Shown here: positions 26,600 through 39,199 of the stretch, one piece after another
Position numbering within the stretch: the first letter of the stretch is position 1
Layout: every line of letters starts with the position of its first letter
DNA from: Podarcis filfolensis
Taxonomy: Eukaryota
NCBI GenBank assembly: GCA_964270895.1
Contig: OZ185441.1
Length of the DNA stretch: 64,000 nucleotides
Reading direction: 5' to 3' (one strand)
Made by a program: the position numbers and the translations under genes
The notes under the pieces: generated by a model
Told to the model about the DNA's origin: nothing
The model's input: the letters and a program-made list of their open reading frames with translations, nothing else
The model's database searches: none

Positions 26600-26990
26600 G
26601 GGGGCACTAGTGTCAGACTATAATTGGGGAGACCCAGCATCAAGTCCCTACTCAACCAAGAAGCTTGTTGGGTGACCTTGAGCAGGTCACTATTTTTCAA
26701 GGATAAAATGGAGAGAAGGAACCATGTACAGTGGTAACTCGGGTTAAGAACTTAATTCATTCTGGAAGTCCGTTCTTAACCTGAAACTGTTCTTAACCTG
26801 AAGTACCACTTTAGCTAATGGGGCCTCCCGCCACCGCAGCGGGATTTTTGTTCTCATCCTGAAGCAAAGTTCTTAACCTGAGGTACTATTTCTGGGTTAG
26901 CGGAGTCTGTAACCTGAAGCGTCTGTAACCCAAGGTACCACTGTATGAGCTTGCTGGAAGAAAGGCAGGCTACAAATATGACAAATAACT
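26600..26990 (+). mobile_element. Decayed CORE-type SINE interrupted by a Tigger-like MITE (MITE at 26729-26943)
   Basis: gggagacccagcatcaagtccctactcaaccaagaagcttgttgggtgaccttgagcaggtcac CORE-like segment; MITE with CAGTGGTAACTCGGGTT / AACCCAAGGTACCACTG TIRs and TA duplication; SINE tail resumes after it. Confidence 0.7.
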
Positions 26991-27035
26991 AAATCTCGCC
27001 TGCCAATGCTTTCCCCACATAAAAGCTTCTCCTGG

Positions 27036-27281
27036 GTGTGGTGTAGTGGTTAAGAGTGGTAGTCTCGTAATCTGGTGAACGGGGTTTGTGTCTCCGCTCC
27101 TCCACACGCAGCTGCTGGGTGACCTTGGGCTAGTCACACATCTTTGAAGTCTCTCGGCCCCACTCGCCTCACAGAGTGTTTGTTGTGGGGGAGGAAGGGA
27201 AAGGAGATTGTTAGCTGCTTTGAGACTCCCTCCTTAGGGTTGTGAGAAAGCGGGATATCAAATCCAAACTCTTCTTCTTCT
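27036..27281 (+). mobile_element. Squam3-type (Ther1/MIR-derived) CORE SINE
   Basis: gtgtggtgtagtggttaagag head, gctgggtgaccttgggctagtcac CORE, aaatccaaactcttcttcttct tail. Confidence 0.8.
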
Positions 27282-27347
27282 CCTGGGGTGACCTAACTGG
27301 AGATGAGTCACATGGCTGTGAAAGCCTGTTCCCCTTATAATCCAGTA

Positions 27348-27966
27348 CAGTGGTACCTTGGTTCTCAAACGTAATCCGTTCCGGAAGTCTGCTCCAAAAT
27401 CAAGGCATGCTTTCCCATAGAAAGTAATGTAAAACGGATTAATCCGTTCCAGACTTTTAAAAACAACCCCTAAAACAGCAATTTAACATGAATTTTACTA
27501 TCTAATGAGACCACTGAGCCATAAAACGAAAGCAACAATCAATGTACTGTACTATAAAATAAATAAGTATTGTAGATGATAAAAATTAAAATTAATTCTT
27601 TTTCTTAACTGCACTGATGATAGTCATTGTTTGGATCAATCAATCAATCAGTAGCTGAACTGAATTCCACACAGTCACAAAAACAAATTAACTGAAAAAG
27701 CCTCAAAAACAAAATTGCAAAACAAATAGCAAAACAAAAGCGCCAAACTTAATTCATTCCGGAAGTCTGTTTGACTTCCAAAATGTTCAGAAACCAAGGC
27801 ACAGCTTCTGATTGGTGCAGGAGCCCCAGAAACAATAGCCAACAACTGCATCGAACATTTGGCTTCCGAAAAACGTTTGAAAACCAGAACACTTACTTCC
27901 AGGTTTTCGGCGTTTGGGAACCAAGGCATTTGAGTATCAAGGCATTTGAGAATCAAGCTACCACTG
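27348..27966. mobile_element. Tigger/pogo-like non-autonomous DNA transposon (about 620 bp)
   Basis: TIRs CAGTGGTACCTTGGTTCTCAA / TTGAGAATCAAGCTACCACTG, TA duplication, internal sub-terminal repeats (ttccggaagtc). Confidence 0.85.
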
Positions 27967-29429
27967 TACCTGGACCATAGTCATTTAAATACTATAGCAG
28001 CAGTGGTAACAGCTGACCCACAGCCCAGGCTTAACCTTCCAAGTAATTTATCTCCCACCCCTGCCCGCCATTTTGTCTATGGTGGTAGCAACAGAATCTG
28101 CAGCAGGTACAAAAGGAAAACTGCACTGTCTCTTACTTGCTCCCCATGAATCATGCTCTGAAACATCACTCACTCCTTTAAAGCCAAGTGCTTTCCTCAG
28201 CATGTGGCAGGGCATACCGTAATTCACTGTTGAATCCCTTTGGTTATTTTAAAGGACCTATATGTCAGATGGTGAATTCTATAACCAGCTTAGACATGGA
28301 TACATTGAATCATGACCTATGTGCTTTTTCAAGTATATATTTTTGACCTTATTGGGATTCTCATTTCAATAGCCTGGGACAGTCTTGGTGAAATCTTAAT
28401 GTCCAATCAGGTGTGAGAGATGCAAGTCCGTCCAGAAATGATGAGACCCCTTAATTTTGCACAGCAGATTGTTTTTTCCCCAGCATTGCAAATGGAAGAA
28501 TAGAGTTTGGTTCACTTTAGAAAAAGTTATATAATTTATGCACAGCCTCTAGGAGAATATATTTGAGCTTGCCACTCATGAAGTACCCATTATTTTTACA
28601 TTTTGAGGAAATTTATCACCTTGTTCCTCACTATCTCAGGGATCACACATTCCCATTCATATATATAGATATATACAGTGAATGAGTAATATAATAAAAA
28701 TGAATATAAAAGCTATAAACTACATGGCACTGTGCTTTACACATTTATGGTCCCATATAAATGATTAATAAGAATAATAAGGTTCAACGGGACTTCCAGT
28801 GTACATAGCAATATCTACTGGCACACAAAATTTCATGAAAATTAGACTAGATCTTTTATAATAGATTTGGGTTCCTCAATAGTGGAAGATACTTAAATAT
28901 TAATACCAAATATTTTTTTGATCATAAAGATAATGAAATCTTGAAGGCAGTCCTTCATTATATAGAAAATGAATTAAGAATTTGCGCTAACCAAATGAGC
29001 TAAGTTTTTAGGCTATGGCCCAGCAGCTAATGCAGAAATAAGGGGAGAACAATAGCTTATCCCATGCAATAGAACAAGCCATTGTTCCCTCTTCTGCAGA
29101 AAGATCAATTTTAGTTAACCACAATGGCAGGTCAGTAAGGGAATAAATTGCCTGGTGAGCTATGGAGTTTCTTTCTTCCGATCATTTCAAAAGAAGGTTG
29201 GGCTATCATCTATGTGTAATTAACCTCTAGAACAGCATAGAAAAAATAATTTATGAAATTCATACTCAGATCATTCTTATTCCAAGCTATTATGGTGGCC
29301 AACAGCTTAGCATACTTTAAAAAGAATTAGACCTATTTATGGGAATCTAACCATGATTACTGGTCATTTTAACTAAGCGTACCATCCATTTTTAGAAGCA
29401 GTGACCTGTTGATTATCAGATGCTAGAAA

Positions 29430-29790
29430 TGAACAGCAGTAATCACCAGAGGCCTTTCTTTGTGTGCCACCTCCATGAGAGGTCCAGAGGGTGGCAACAC
29501 AAGAATGTGCCTTTTCTGTGCTGGCTCCCAGTTTGTGGAATGCTCTCTCCAGGTAGGCTCGCCTGGTGCCTTCATTACATATCTTTAGGCGCCAGGCAAA
29601 CATGATTCTCTATAACCAGATCTTTGGCTGATTAACATTCTATGGCCTTCTAAATGTGTGGGAGAGGGGTTATTTGGTTAGGTTTGCTTTATCATGTATT
29701 TTGTGTTCTCATTTTGCATTTTTATGCTGCGAACCCCCCTGTGATCTTCGGATGAAGAGCGGTATACAAATATAATGAATAACAATAGCA
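29430..29790 (+). mobile_element. L2-clade LINE 3' end
   Basis: gccttttctgtgctggctcccagtttgtggaatgctctc (AFSVLAPSLWNAL) and tail gtgatcttcggatgaagagcggtatacaaat. Confidence 0.7.
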
Positions 29791-30094
29791 GTGGCAGAAG
29801 GTTGGAAAAAATTATCATGTCCTGGTTGTGGAACCCCCAGAAACATCTGGAAAGACACTTTTCAAAACAAACAAGTGCTGGACTAGATGGGTCTTAGCCT
29901 GACACCACACGACACAACCATTATGCTCTTACTTCATTGTCAAGGGAAAGTGTTGGGTTTGGTGGTCCATGTGGAGTATCCGACTGTATATTTAAATACA
30001 CCAGTAAGATAGGTAAAAGACTGCCTGTGGGAGCTCAACAATGGCAAATGTGAGGCATATCATGTTGCAATTTGAACATATTGCTGGGAAACTA

Positions 30095-30300
30095 CCACGT
30101 CTTAGATACAGAGCATGGACACAGAAGGTACCAAGTTCAATTCTTAGTGTCTCCGGTTTTCTTTTTTTTTTTAAGGAACAAATGGCCGATGATGAGAAAG
30201 ACTTTATTTGCCCAAGAGCCTGGAGAGCTACTGCCAATCCAAGTAAGCTATATATAGGTCACGATGGACAAAGAGTCTGACCTGGTGTAAGACATCTTCC
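30095..30300 (+). mobile_element. Older tRNA-derived SINE, diverged
   Basis: Similar to the copies at 20588 and 36854. Confidence 0.55.
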
Positions 30301-31427
30301 TCGACTCCATATAAAAGATAGACAGTAGCCGTGGAGCATTATGTGAATGCTGCGTGAATGCCATTTAGGCTGTGGGAATCAGAGATAATCCCCATTATTC
30401 AATGATGTGGAAATCAGCGATAAGCCTCACAGTAGACTACCATCCTGAGCATTGCTTTTTTGTGGAGGAGGAGAAACAGTCATATACAAACAACTAGCTA
30501 TGAGAAGTAGGCACAGCATATGCAGGATGCTGTGCATTCCCAAATAATCCTGAGTGTAAATAAAGCTAACCTTTTCCAGACAGTTTAATTAATAAGGTTC
30601 TAGTGCATCGATAAAAAATAGGAAGCAATGTGCCTAAAATGAAGAAACAATATTTTAGCAACTTTTTTTTTTCTTGGTAACATCCACAATGTTATAAATA
30701 GGGAGAATGTGTGTGTGCGTGTTTTGTGTGTAATTATATATCAATCACATATACACACACAGCTTGCACGCCAACAACACAAACATTATGCTTTTTCCAT
30801 TAACAGGAAAAGCATGGTTGATGCATTCATAAATGTTATTTAGCTGTCGTTTCCTCTTTGCAAAGCAATATTAGAGTTTTCAACATCTGCTACATTGAAA
30901 TAGGAAGGGCTTGATCCAAAGACTTGCTATGCATGCATATGTGCTCACTGTGGATTACTTCATCTACCACACTTGCATTCTGGATTGCAATGACAGCTGT
31001 GAGGGGCTTCAGTAATATTAAAAGCTCCTTCTATGACAATTCCATTTTAATCCCCCTCCTCACAAAAAAAGTTAGTTTTCCAATTGTTGTCTGTACAAAA
31101 AAAGGAAGAAAAATGTGCAAACAGCAGTCTACCCAACTGTTCGGCATTAAACAACCCACTCCCAAATTCCTGTGTTGGAGCAAAGAACTGCAAGGGTTAC
31201 TAGGATGGGTGACAAGCATATTTGCTAATATAAACATATTGATCTTTTTTTCTTTTTGCTGTTTTGCATTGACTTACAGGAGGTGTACGCAAATGTACCT
31301 TTAGGCTTCATCAGTATAAATCTGTGAACAACATGCCTCGCAGCATTGCTGCAAGACATGTCACTGCAATTGTTTAGGATCAGAGTGACGGGCTCTGTGG
31401 ACACCCTGTGAAAGTTCCTTTGGCTTT

Positions 31428-31560
31428 CATAACAACGTAGGAAGGGTCTTGCTAGATCAAAGTAAAGGTCCACCTTGTCAGGCATCCTGCTTCCCACCTT
31501 GGCCAATCAAATGGGAAACTTACAAGCAGTCACAAAGGCAATGATTATTCACCACTTGTT
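31428..31560 (-). mobile_element. CR1 3' end fragment
   Basis: Reverse complement of the CR1 tail seen at 8900-9006. Confidence 0.6.
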
Positions 31561-32663
31561 AGCAACGCCGTTTTCCTCCTTCTGCCGGGCAAGGCTGCAT
31601 GTGAAGCAAAATAGTTTTGAAGATGGCTATGCTGTGGGAACTCTTAACCTTGGGACAACCCAAGGACTGCATGTTCTCTTACTGCAACTTAAATTTCTAT
31701 TGTGGGGGTAGGAGGGATATCAGCTCTTCTGCATGTTCTGCTCCCCTCAGGGTTTTACGGGATGGAGTACATGCAGCCAGCTTTGGTGAAAAAAATACCA
31801 GGCGACAGAAGATCCAGCAGGATGATCATATTATGTAAACAGCCTGAGCACAAATACAGAAACTGTGCCATGTTGAGTATTATTAAAAGTTAAACTGGCA
31901 GAGCTCAGGAATCTGCCACTGTTAGGCAATATAAAAATGCAGCACACTTCCATGTATATATATAAAAAAATAAAAGCTACTAGAGGTAATTATTTCTTCT
32001 GCCCTAGTGATTAAGGAGATCAGCAGCAAACATGATATGGAAACGGTTTAATTCCCTCTTTTATCCTTAACACTCACAAACCCCTTTTGAATTTTATTTC
32101 CTTTGATGCAGGAGGGGAAATAACTGAAATAAAAGCCGTAGCAATAAAGGTCATCGATCACATGTTTTCAAAATCATCTGAGGCTTCTAAAGCAGTTCCG
32201 TTATCATAATGATTTTTGCAGGGTTCCAGTCTATGGGTCATGAAGGCTGCCAAGGTGCACATATCGCACCATGTTTAAAACATCAAAAAGAAAGTGTGTA
32301 ATCATTCAAGTTATTTAATGGAGAGAAGATAACTTTTTGTAGCTCTTTTGAGTTGTGATTCATTGTATACTACCTGGGAATAGCATAACTTTTCTTCACA
32401 TACACACACACACACAATCCCTTTGTCTTTTTCTTCACATGGCATTCATTCCACGTTGGAAAATTACATATGAATTAAACAAACACAGCTTTAAAATTAT
32501 ATCATCACACACACAATATTCAGTGTTCCTTCTTTTGTTTTCATTTCTTTTTCACTTATTGTTTTGCTTAACATCAGGGGATGAGTCAAAAGAGGAAGGT
32601 AGGTGGGTTGTGTTGAAATTTATAGTTTGTTAACCAATGCTGTGGAATGTTAACAAAACTTTG

Positions 32664-32665
<2 letters not shown>

Positions 32666-32708
<43 letters not shown>

Positions 32709-32722
32709 TACTATTATTATTT
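32666..32722. repeat. (ATT)n microsatellite
   Basis: Seen directly. Confidence 0.95.
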
Positions 32723-32899
32723 TTAAAAAGCTGCCCAAAACAATCCAGTTCATTCTTTGACCACCATTGGTAGTCAAAGGCATCATACTACCAGGTAGTT
32801 GTTATTTTTAAAAGCCTCCCATGACAGTTCTAACTACATGAAAAGAAATAGGAAGCTGTTTCCTACTGAATTAATGAGCATTGGCTCAGTAGTCTAGGA

Positions 32900-33003
32900 T
32901 TTCAGACAAGAGGCATTCCCAGCCCTACCTGGAAATGAGCATTGAACCCAGAACCTTCTGTATGCAAAGCAGATGCTCTGCCAATGAGCTACAGCCCTTT
33001 CCT
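32900..33003 (-). mobile_element. Older tRNA-derived SINE, 5' part
   Basis: Reverse complement reads gggctgtagctcattggcagagcatctgctttgcatacagaaggttctgggttcaat. Confidence 0.7.
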
Positions 33004-33275
33004 TGTCACTCACGGTGACTCTGCACCTGCCCTGCGCATGGTCTACATATGCAGAAGGAGGTGGAAGACATTGGGGACAGGAGACTTTGCCACTTTAGAC
33101 TATAGGCAAGACGATGCTTGAGTTATGGCGACAGCTTCATGAGATATACAAGCCCGACTTCCTGACTGCCCCCCATGTTAGTCCTTCCCCCATGCAGCTT
33201 TCTAAAAACAGCATGTGGCATGTTTTAAGCACAATCCATTTCCACTTGTGTTTGACAGATAAGGGATTTCCTTAC

Positions 33276-33552
33276 GGATTGAGAAGTTAACTTCAATAAA
33301 ACTTTCCCCAAGCTTTCATATGACATCCTGTTCACTAAACTGCAGAAGAGTGGTTTAGTAGGCGTTGCCATGAGCACAGCAGAGCACTGTAATGGATTGC
33401 CATTTAAATCAGAAGAAGGTCTCATCTGACCTATTGAGGCTTTTGCACCAGAACCATTTTCACACTTGTGTACCCAAATGGCCACCCTGCAAGATGAGCT
33501 TGTTTCCTTCTCAAGGCAGCTTCCTATATCAGAATCAAAACACTGTACAACA
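33276..33552 (-). other. TRIQK: Predicted TRIQK 5' UTR exon 2 (277 nt; alternative acceptor at 33542)
   Basis: Donor CAATCC|gtaagg at 33276; acceptor attgtgggatttcag|TG at 33552. Lies between the CpG island and the first coding exon on the gene strand. Splice-site inference only. Confidence 0.55.
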
Positions 33553-33704
33553 CTGAAATCCCACAATAAAATTATCAACACCAATAGCAGACCAGCATTA
33601 ACATGAAAATAGTTTAAACTATAAAACACTTTAAAAAGTCATAGCACCATTATCTGCCTAAGTCCCCAAGCCCATTTGAAGGCATGAATTAATGGGACCA
33701 TGTG

Positions 33705-34125
33705 TAGAATCAAAGAATCGTAGAGTTGGAAGGGACCCCGAGGGTCGGCTTGCCCAACCCCCAGCAATGCAGGAATCACAGCTAAAGCATCCATGACGGA
33801 TGAGTAGTATTCTACAGATGTGGAGCCCCATCATGGATGCTCAGGTGGGGACATTGTTGGACGCACTGATCTTATGCTGCCAACACTTGATCTAATAAGC
33901 TAATACCCTTCAAGGAATGCTGTGTGATTTTATTGCGTGTAAGTAAACCTGTTCCTAGTGTTCCCATGCTCTCATGCCTTTTCTGGTACAGTAAAGTGAA
34001 ACAAAGAATCTTAGAATTGTAGAGTTGGAAGGGACCACAAGGGTCATCTAGTCAAACTACCAGCAATGCAGGAATCTCAACTAGATCATACATGACAGAT
34101 GGCCATACAATCTCTGCTTAAAAAC
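33705..34125 (-). mobile_element. Two CR1-family 3'-end fragments (about 33705-33800 and 34005-34125)
   Basis: agaat(c/t)gtagagttggaagggacc...agcaatgcaggaatc, the reverse complement of the CR1/SINE tail. Confidence 0.75.
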
Positions 34126-35164
34126 AAAAAAATGCACTCTTTGACCAGGACAACTTAATTGTAAACCAAGATACATGTGTATTAAAAAAAGACGTAGAGG
34201 GGGAAATCCCAAACAGTAATCCACTTAGCTATTTAGAACCTGTGAAATTTATAATACTTTTTCCTTCCTAATCAATACAGGAGTCTGAAACAGACATCAA
34301 CCCATCCCTGACTGTTCTATAAACCGATTAGAATTCAGAGGGAATTAGAGCGGGGGTACTTATATCGTTGAGCTCTTGCAGATGCCAGAAAGAACTCCTT
34401 CCATCAACTTCAGAACGCATCATGGAGAACTTAGTAGAGGGCACCTTTGCACCAGGTGTGGGTGTTGGGGGAGTCACAAGAAAAGGCACTTGCCACTTGT
34501 GAGTCAATTAGTGGAAGCCTGCGCACTGCTGTGTTTGGGGAAAATCATTCTGATGTGAAGGGGGGGATGTGATGAAGCTCAGGTGTGCCAATACAGCTGT
34601 ACACAGAATGCTTTTTCAGTTCACAACAGTCTCATGGCAACTCTCCAAGTCAAGGCTGATAGATTTGCTGCAGACGACAGACTGAGCTGCCAGATGTGCC
34701 TTATTCTGAAGGATTATCTCTTATTCCAAAACATCACAATCCTATAGAAAACAACACACATTCTTTACTCCAGGCACAACAGCTCAAGAGTGTTTTGTTA
34801 CTAAAACTGTGATCTGCCAAACCTAACTATAGACAAACTGTTTTGCACTCCAGAGTGATGTAGAAACACAGCATTTTAATTTTATGTATGACAGCCAAAC
34901 TACATACTGCCTGAAAACGTGTGTGATGATCGCCTAATAGCTATTGCTCTTATTTTGCTGTAAAAGCCATTTCACGAGGGAAGCACTGGAGACTGAAAAA
35001 CAGGGCGTGATTAACCCTTTCCCCACCCCAAAAGCCCTCCATTCTTGAAGTTTTCAAACACCTGCTGGGAATACCAGTTTGGTAGGGGGGAGCTGTTTAG
35101 TAAGGCACTATTGGGTGCGGAAATAATTAAGTACAGGCCCTCACTTCCCTGCTTATAATCACTA

Positions 35165-35278
35165 CTGTGCTCATGTCCTGCCTGTGGGTTTTCCATAGGT
35201 ATCTGGTTTTCTACTGTAGGAAATAGGAAGCTAGGCTAGATAGGCCTTTGGCTGATTCAATAAGACTCTTCTTAGGTT
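35165..35278 (+). mobile_element. CR1 3' end fragment
   Basis: gtcctgcctgtgggttttccataggtatctggt...gctagataggcctttggctgattc. Confidence 0.6.
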
Positions 35279-36853
35279 GACACACATCTCAAAGCAACTT
35301 CTAGGCCAAAAAACCCCCATACCATTACATGTGTTTCTATGTAGTGCATCGTTTGGTCCTGAATGACAACATTTAGATCAGCGACAATTCTATGTTGTTG
35401 TTCTAGGGTGTAATTTGTTTTGTTTTGTCTTCACTGTTTATCCTGCAAGACCCCATTGAGGCAAGATGATACTGAAGAAATGCTTTGTATTTATTAGATG
35501 TTTGCACTCTTTTTTTCTGGGACCTCACAGAATGCTTTCTTTCAAGCAAGGCCTGATTTGTATCAATGTTTCTTCTTCCTATTCCTCTATATTCTAGATA
35601 GCAAGGTGAGGAATAGAGATGTGGCTTCTTTTACTTCTGAACACCAAAGAGCTCACTAACATTATTTTAAGGGCTAGTTGGTTCAATGAATGTTATTGTC
35701 TCATTCATTGTTTATAAAATCTAAACAAACACCTATACCAATCACCATACCCAAGATTCCTGTTGAAACTGTCTACTGTACTACAAATTGCACAAGCAGG
35801 TATTCAAATCCTAATGCAGCTAGAACAGTAAAAGTTAATGATTGCCTCCTCCCGGTCCACCTCACATACAGCTTGGCATATTTTCCTTGGGACATCCAGC
35901 AGCAAAGTGGCAAATGTTACCGCTTGGAGCTAAAATGAAATAGCAAAGGTTCATACAGAACTTCTAAACTTCATACCATCCCCCTTCCTTGTCAAAGCTA
36001 ATGCTTTCACTATCACATCTTCATAAGCACTAAATTTGCTGCTAATGTGCTGAAAAATTGCTTCAGCTCAGGTTTCTATTTACAATTTGCCAAGATCATT
36101 GGCTTTGTAAAGAGAAACAAGGAACAGCCAAAACACTACACTAAATGTTTGGTAACTGAATCCACGATCGGACTCCTGGGGCATTTCCATCATACAACCC
36201 AGAAATGAATAGACACAAATTTATCATAATCTATGGTTATCAGTTCCAATGACATTTTCTACAGCACTACATGGAATCCAGCTAACACAACATATTTTAC
36301 CTCCACAGCTACAAAAGCATTTCAAAACAGTACAGCTTGATACTCTTATAGTATGTTCAATTTGAATGGGCATTCATTCACAGATTCTGAAAAATATCCA
36401 CCCCTAAAAATTCACTCAAAGTGCTTTTAGTACTGCACGTTCTCATTAATGTCAAAGTAAAAAATCTCAAAATAAAAAGATTATATTTTGCCACTGAACA
36501 AGAGATGGACTGTATACTGTATCTGCACCATTGCCTTACTCTTCATTTTTAACTGTTTTTATATTTGAAGATACTGACCTGAGTTTTCTGTGCAATGTTA
36601 ATCTCAGAGAGTTCCACGTAGGCAGATCATACAGAATGAGCACAAGAGCAAATAAACTTGGCCAATAATAATACTGCCAAACTAAATGCTTTGTGTGGTC
36701 AAACCAGGTATTTTTTAAAACAAACAAATCGGGGTGGATGCAGAGTGGTATGCTTATGCCCATACCTGAAAAGAAGTGGAGAAAGGCTTCTCTTAGAAAT
36801 TGCTGCCTTAACCTAGAAATTCATTGCCACTATGATGCTCAGCCCTTAACCCT

Positions 36854-37049
36854 GGGTAAAGCTATAGTTCAGCAGTAGAGGATCTACTTTGCATGCATAA
36901 AGTCCCATGTTCAATCCCCGGCATCTCCAGTTAAGGCAGGAAATTTCCCATCTGATATCTTGGAGAACCACAGCCAATCAGTGTAGAAAACACTCAAGTA
37001 GATGGACCAATGGAGAGACTCAGTATAAGGCAGCTTCCTATGACCTATG
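36854..37049 (+). mobile_element. Older tRNA-derived SINE with CR1-like tail
   Basis: gctatagttcagcagtagag...gttcaatccccggcatctccag...gatggaccaatgg...gtataaggcagcttcctatg. Confidence 0.75.
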
Positions 37050-37747
37050 TTTTAAGTAACGTTAACAAAACAAGCTTAGGCATATTAATATTTGACTTCA
37101 TTCTCCGTTTTAAAAAAACAACAACCCACTACAGCTGCCTGCAGTCTTATTTACAGTATACTAAGGATTGTTTGATTCAGTAAGTTTCACTGAAATCAAT
37201 GGAACCTAAACCTACTTAGGATCACACTACACAATCTTTTTTTATCTTTGCATGTGTTAATCCTGAGTAATAAAGTTAAGCCTTCTTATTCTACTTTGGT
37301 TTTAAATTCTTATTTTCATTGACTTCCAGCTGAACATTCACAATTTGCACAGAGCGGGAGGAGCATCTTCTAGGACTACTAGCAGGCTAGCTTTTTTTTT
37401 TAACAAGTTTGCATGTTTTTCTAATGGCCAGACCAGCTACCAGCACAATATTAAACTTTAAGTTTAATCCAATGAAAAATTCATTTCCAGGTGCATGGAC
37501 AAATGTCTTAGGGAAGGAATGGGTGTGGCACTACTTATCACACATTAGAACTTTGCTTCTAGCAGTGAACTTGCACATTGCTCCATCCACATTGCCCAGC
37601 CCACCAACCTAACCACCAGCTTGGCCCAGGAGCAACATCAAGGGCTACCACCCAACAATAGGAGTGTGGAGGTTTTGCCAAGCCAACACCATGCAGACTG
37701 ACAGCAGCAGCACCAGCCAGTACCAGTGGATGAGGAAGAAAGGCCAC

Positions 37748-37941
37748 AGGGCAAGGCTCAGTGGTGGAACACATGTTTTGCATGCAAAGAGTTCCATATT
37801 CAACTCATGTCATCTCCAGATATGGCTGGAAAGGACTCCTGCCTTAAAAACAACAATCCTGCAGTCACTGCCAGTCAGTGTTGGCAATACTGAGCTACAT
37901 GGATCAGTGGTCTGACTTGGTAGGAAAGCAGCTTCTTGTGT
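37748..37941 (+). mobile_element. Older tRNA-derived SINE, diverged
   Basis: Same family as the copy at 36854. Confidence 0.65.
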
Positions 37942-38576
37942 ACCTCCACAACTGAGATGGCAGAGGACTGAGTGTTGTGGGTGAGAAGTGTGAATGTGCC
38001 ACTTTGTGAGGCATCGTGTTGATAGGTTGAAAAAATAAATGTGGCACCTTGTATGGACTATGATACTGCACACTAGTCACTAGAATATAGTTTATTTCTT
38101 GTGGTTCACCACTAATATTTGACCAGCTTGGTCCATGACAATCTTGTGGCTGAATGAAGCCTTTTAGCCTCAGGAAATCTAATAATTTCTTTGCAGTGAG
38201 AAAAAGCTGCCAAACACACACACACACAATCAAACAAGGTTTCATTCACCGAGAGGAACTTGGCTTTCTTTTTTATACACCACCAACCACAGTTTTTAGG
38301 AGGACATAAATGCAAAGCACCCTTAGGTCCCAGGGATCCATTAGGTGGGGTGGACAATGTGCATCTTCTGCAGGTATGTGGAACCTCTGTGCATCCCTGC
38401 AGCAAACCAGAAGAGATCAGCCCACTCCAGCTCAGCTGTATTGTTTTTTAGCATTCCCTCAAATTGTGAGAGGTACATGAGCACTAACTATGCCAAAACA
38501 CTTGGCAGGTCTACAGAAGGTCGATTGCATGGTCAGAGTGACATGAGCGTGGCTGGGAGATCCAACTGGTTCTAGG

Positions 38577-38715
38577 CAGTGCTTTTTTTCTGGGGGGACT
38601 CATGGGGTACGCATAAACATTTTGCGAATCTAAGTTTGGCCTCATTGAGGGGCAGTATTTCAGTATGAGTAGGAAAATGAGAGTACCCCTAAACATTTTT
38701 AGGGGGGGAGCACTG
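38577..38715. mobile_element. hAT MITE
   Basis: CAGTGCT / AGCACTG ends with a perfect 8-bp target duplication gttctagg. Confidence 0.88.
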
Positions 38716-38754
38716 GTTCTAGGTCAGGAGGGAGGGAGCCATCATCATCCAGAG

Positions 38755-38844
38755 CATAGCTGTCAACTTTCCCCTTTTCTTGCGAGGAATCCTATTTGGA
38801 ATAAGGGAATTTTCCTTAAAAAGGGGGAAACGTTGACAGCTATG
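38755..38844. mobile_element. hAT MITE (palindromic, 90 bp)
   Basis: 13-bp TIRs CATAGCTGTCAAC / GTTGACAGCTATG; 8-bp duplication atcca(g/c)ag. Confidence 0.88.
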
Positions 38845-39199
38845 ATCCACAGCCTCCACTCCAAATACAGTCCCCATTTCCTCCTCTCTCCACAATCTTG
38901 GCGTCAAAGGGAAGCCTGCAACTAATCAGGGATGATTTAAGCAGGTCCATGATGGGTCACGGGATCTGACAAAAGAGACCTGCGCTAGGTGTCCAAGAAG
39001 CAGCTAACTGGACCTGTAATGACTTTAAACGGGGGGGGGGGCGGACGACAAGCGCACCCTAACAAATGATGCTGAAGGGCAAGGTTAACAACACACATCT
39101 CCTCATCTTTCCCGTTTTTGTTTCCCTGGCTTACAGCTAGTCGCTCTTCTTCCTCAGCTGAGATTTCTTTCTCTCCACTCTAACCTCCCCCACCCCCAC

